A DNA stretch of 63,244 nucleotides, the filler included, from Hyphochytrium catenoides (lineage: Eukaryota; Protista; Hyphochytriomycota), in the NCBI GenBank assembly GCA_900088475.1. It is 11 parts of 11 records of this genome, joined end to end, with 100 filler letters (N's around TTAATTAATTAA, not from the genome) between each part and the next. Parts side by side here need not be neighbours in the genome. Positions count along the whole stretch, not along the records: positions 60,928 to 63,244 come from FLMG01002066.1; 10 more parts are not named here. One strand, written 5' to 3'. The notes below the pieces were generated by a model, which had not been told where the DNA came from, did not search any database, and saw only the letters and a list, made by a program, of their open reading frames with translations. The position numbers and the translations under genes were made by a program. Position 1 is the first letter of the stretch. Every line of letters starts with the position of its first letter. Shown one piece after another: positions 61,295 through 63,244 of this stretch.

Positions 61295-63244
61295 AATGTT
61301 CGAGCCAGCTTCTAGCAGCCTGGCGGTTAGTACTATTTATAGCCCAGTACAATAGATTGTCCAAATATGAATATCACATATCTTTCGTTCGTAAGATGGA
61401 CGGCGGTGCGCTCTGGCCTGTACGGCTGGACCGCTTGTGACAAGAGATGGGAGGAGATGACGAACACATTGTCAAATCCTTCCAGGACTCATCTGGTGGG
61501 CCCACTCACCAACTAGGATCGTATGGATTTCTGATGGTCTCATATCAACGTTCTAATCAGAGTGCTATGAGCCATCTCTGGACCTCGAAAGCTCCAGAGC
61601 AGGTAGATTGTCCATTAGGGAAGCTCCTTTCCTTGGGTTGCTCTCAGTCCCGAGAAACTGAAGCTATGTGTCAATGTAAATGTCTTAGCTACCTAGCCTC
61701 TTTGATCCTTCCAAAGTAAGCTTCTTTGTGTTCGGCAATTGGCCGGGCTTGCTCTTCTGCTCACAACCCGTTCTGGCGTCCACACATGAGAGCACTGTCC
61801 TGTTTCAGCGATTGAATTTCACTGACAGCACCCAGCACCTCTTGGGGTCTCAGGACACAGATAACACATCACCAGGAAGCTCATGCTCTTTACTAGGACA
61901 GAGAATAGAAAGTGGAGCCCACGATGAGGCATCGGAAGAGCAAAAAGAGTGCTAGACCTCTTCACTTACACGAAGGCCAGGACTGCATTAAAGGCCTCCT
62001 CGGGCTCTGCCTCAAGCCATTGTCGGCTTGCGACTGGCTGCACAAACCTTTCTAGAGTCTCGACTCACGACCCAACAGAAAGGCCACTTACCACGCTTGC
62101 GAGGCGGACTAGGCGGTTTCACTACTAAGTTTCTGTGCTAGGGGCATGATTGACCGTATTGCCTTCTCTTGCACATTACCTCTCTTTCCTTTCGAGTTGC
62201 CCCAGTGAGCAATGAGCACTGTGTCTCAACTTCACGCCTTTGACGCGTCGTCCTTCCTTCTTCTTCATAGATTACCTTCCCATCCGCCGCAGAGATTCGG
62301 CAGCATCGGCGGCATTGGCAGTATGGCGCTCGAGCTCTGGACTTTGGGATGCATCAGATCTTCAGACGATCTTTCAATGAGCTCGCGAGCTCATGGAGAT
62401 TCTGGGTGATATTTAGAGATTGTTGAGCCTTTTGTACCCCGGTAAATACCGCCGTAAATAACGGAACAGCGAAAGCTTCGTTAACGGAAAGCTTGCCGCG
62501 TGTGTTTACCCATACGTTTTGCTCGGGGTTCTTAATGAAATTAACCTCCATAGAATACAATTCTTTCGTCAAGTCGAAAGAGCTTGGCAGTGATATGTTT
62601 TACCCATGCGCTAAGACGGCCTAATTCTCAGGAGTCTATGATGTGATATATGATGTACCAAGGGCTCCTTAAAGCCCTGCCCGGCGACCAGCTGTGTCCT
62701 TTCGACTCTGGAGGTTGGAGATTGCGTTCCTGCTGTCTGCTGCTGTCCTGAAGGATAACGAACGCTCCAGAGCTCCGCTCCGCCCTCCAACTCTGGAGGC
62801 TCCAGGCTTAGAGGCTAGGAGAGCCGAGAGGAGGCTTGGAGGTTATCAGCGCGGCGTCGGGGCGTCAGAAGTCAGTCGTTAGCACCACCACCGCGGGCCG
62901 ACGGACTCTCTTCATAGCTGTGGCCTGGCGCTGATAGCAAAGGTTGCATGCTGCAGTCGAAGAGCTGGCCGAGAGATCAGGACTCCTAGCAGATAAAGTC
63001 GGGAAGATGGTATCGAGAGGGAGAGAGATGCTCTTGGCGTAGCTCCAGTACTAAAGGCAGCAGCGTCGTCGAACCCCAGCTTTGGTGTCGCTCTATGTGC
63101 GGAAGAAGTCAAGCTCAGTACTCCGGAGTACTTTCTTAGGTCAAAACCGGCGCCCAGCGACAAGGAGGAGGGAAGTAACGGCTTGTGAACCATGATGTGT
63201 CCTTCTGCCGCTCTCTTGGCTGCCTGGCTTTGTGCCTCGGCTTT

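Overview
Intron-rich eukaryotic DNA, most likely a flagellated stramenopile: it carries an epsilon-tubulin and a Sig/Ocm-type EGF-repeat mastigoneme protein. The window is 11 separate contigs joined by artificial 100-bp N44-TTAATTAATTAA-N44 spacers, so adjacency across spacers is meaningless. Introns and intergenic DNA are saturated with (GA)n/(CT)n microsatellites, and most entries in the ORF track are SLSL/RERE artefacts of these. Genes reconstructed by hand from GT-AG exons: a Rab11-like GTPase, epsilon-tubulin, a methyltransferase-like fragment, a divergent intronless MOB, the SHMT 3' end, a type I membrane protein, an ACOT7-like thioesterase, a 12.5-kb PH-PDZ-(PH)7 gene, the mastigoneme-type protein, a PX-BAR sorting nexin, a small tail-anchored protein, NAPE-PLD, a GT64-like glycosyltransferase and a thioredoxin-like fragment. 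There is also a Copia 3' end nested in a CRE-like non-LTR retroelement. The most notable observations are many introns with (GA)n near the donor and complementary (CT)n near the acceptor, the 8-PH+PDZ scaffold, telomeric repeats in a probable mini-intron, and microsatellites that have entered coding loops. All identifications are by motif recognition; no searches were run.
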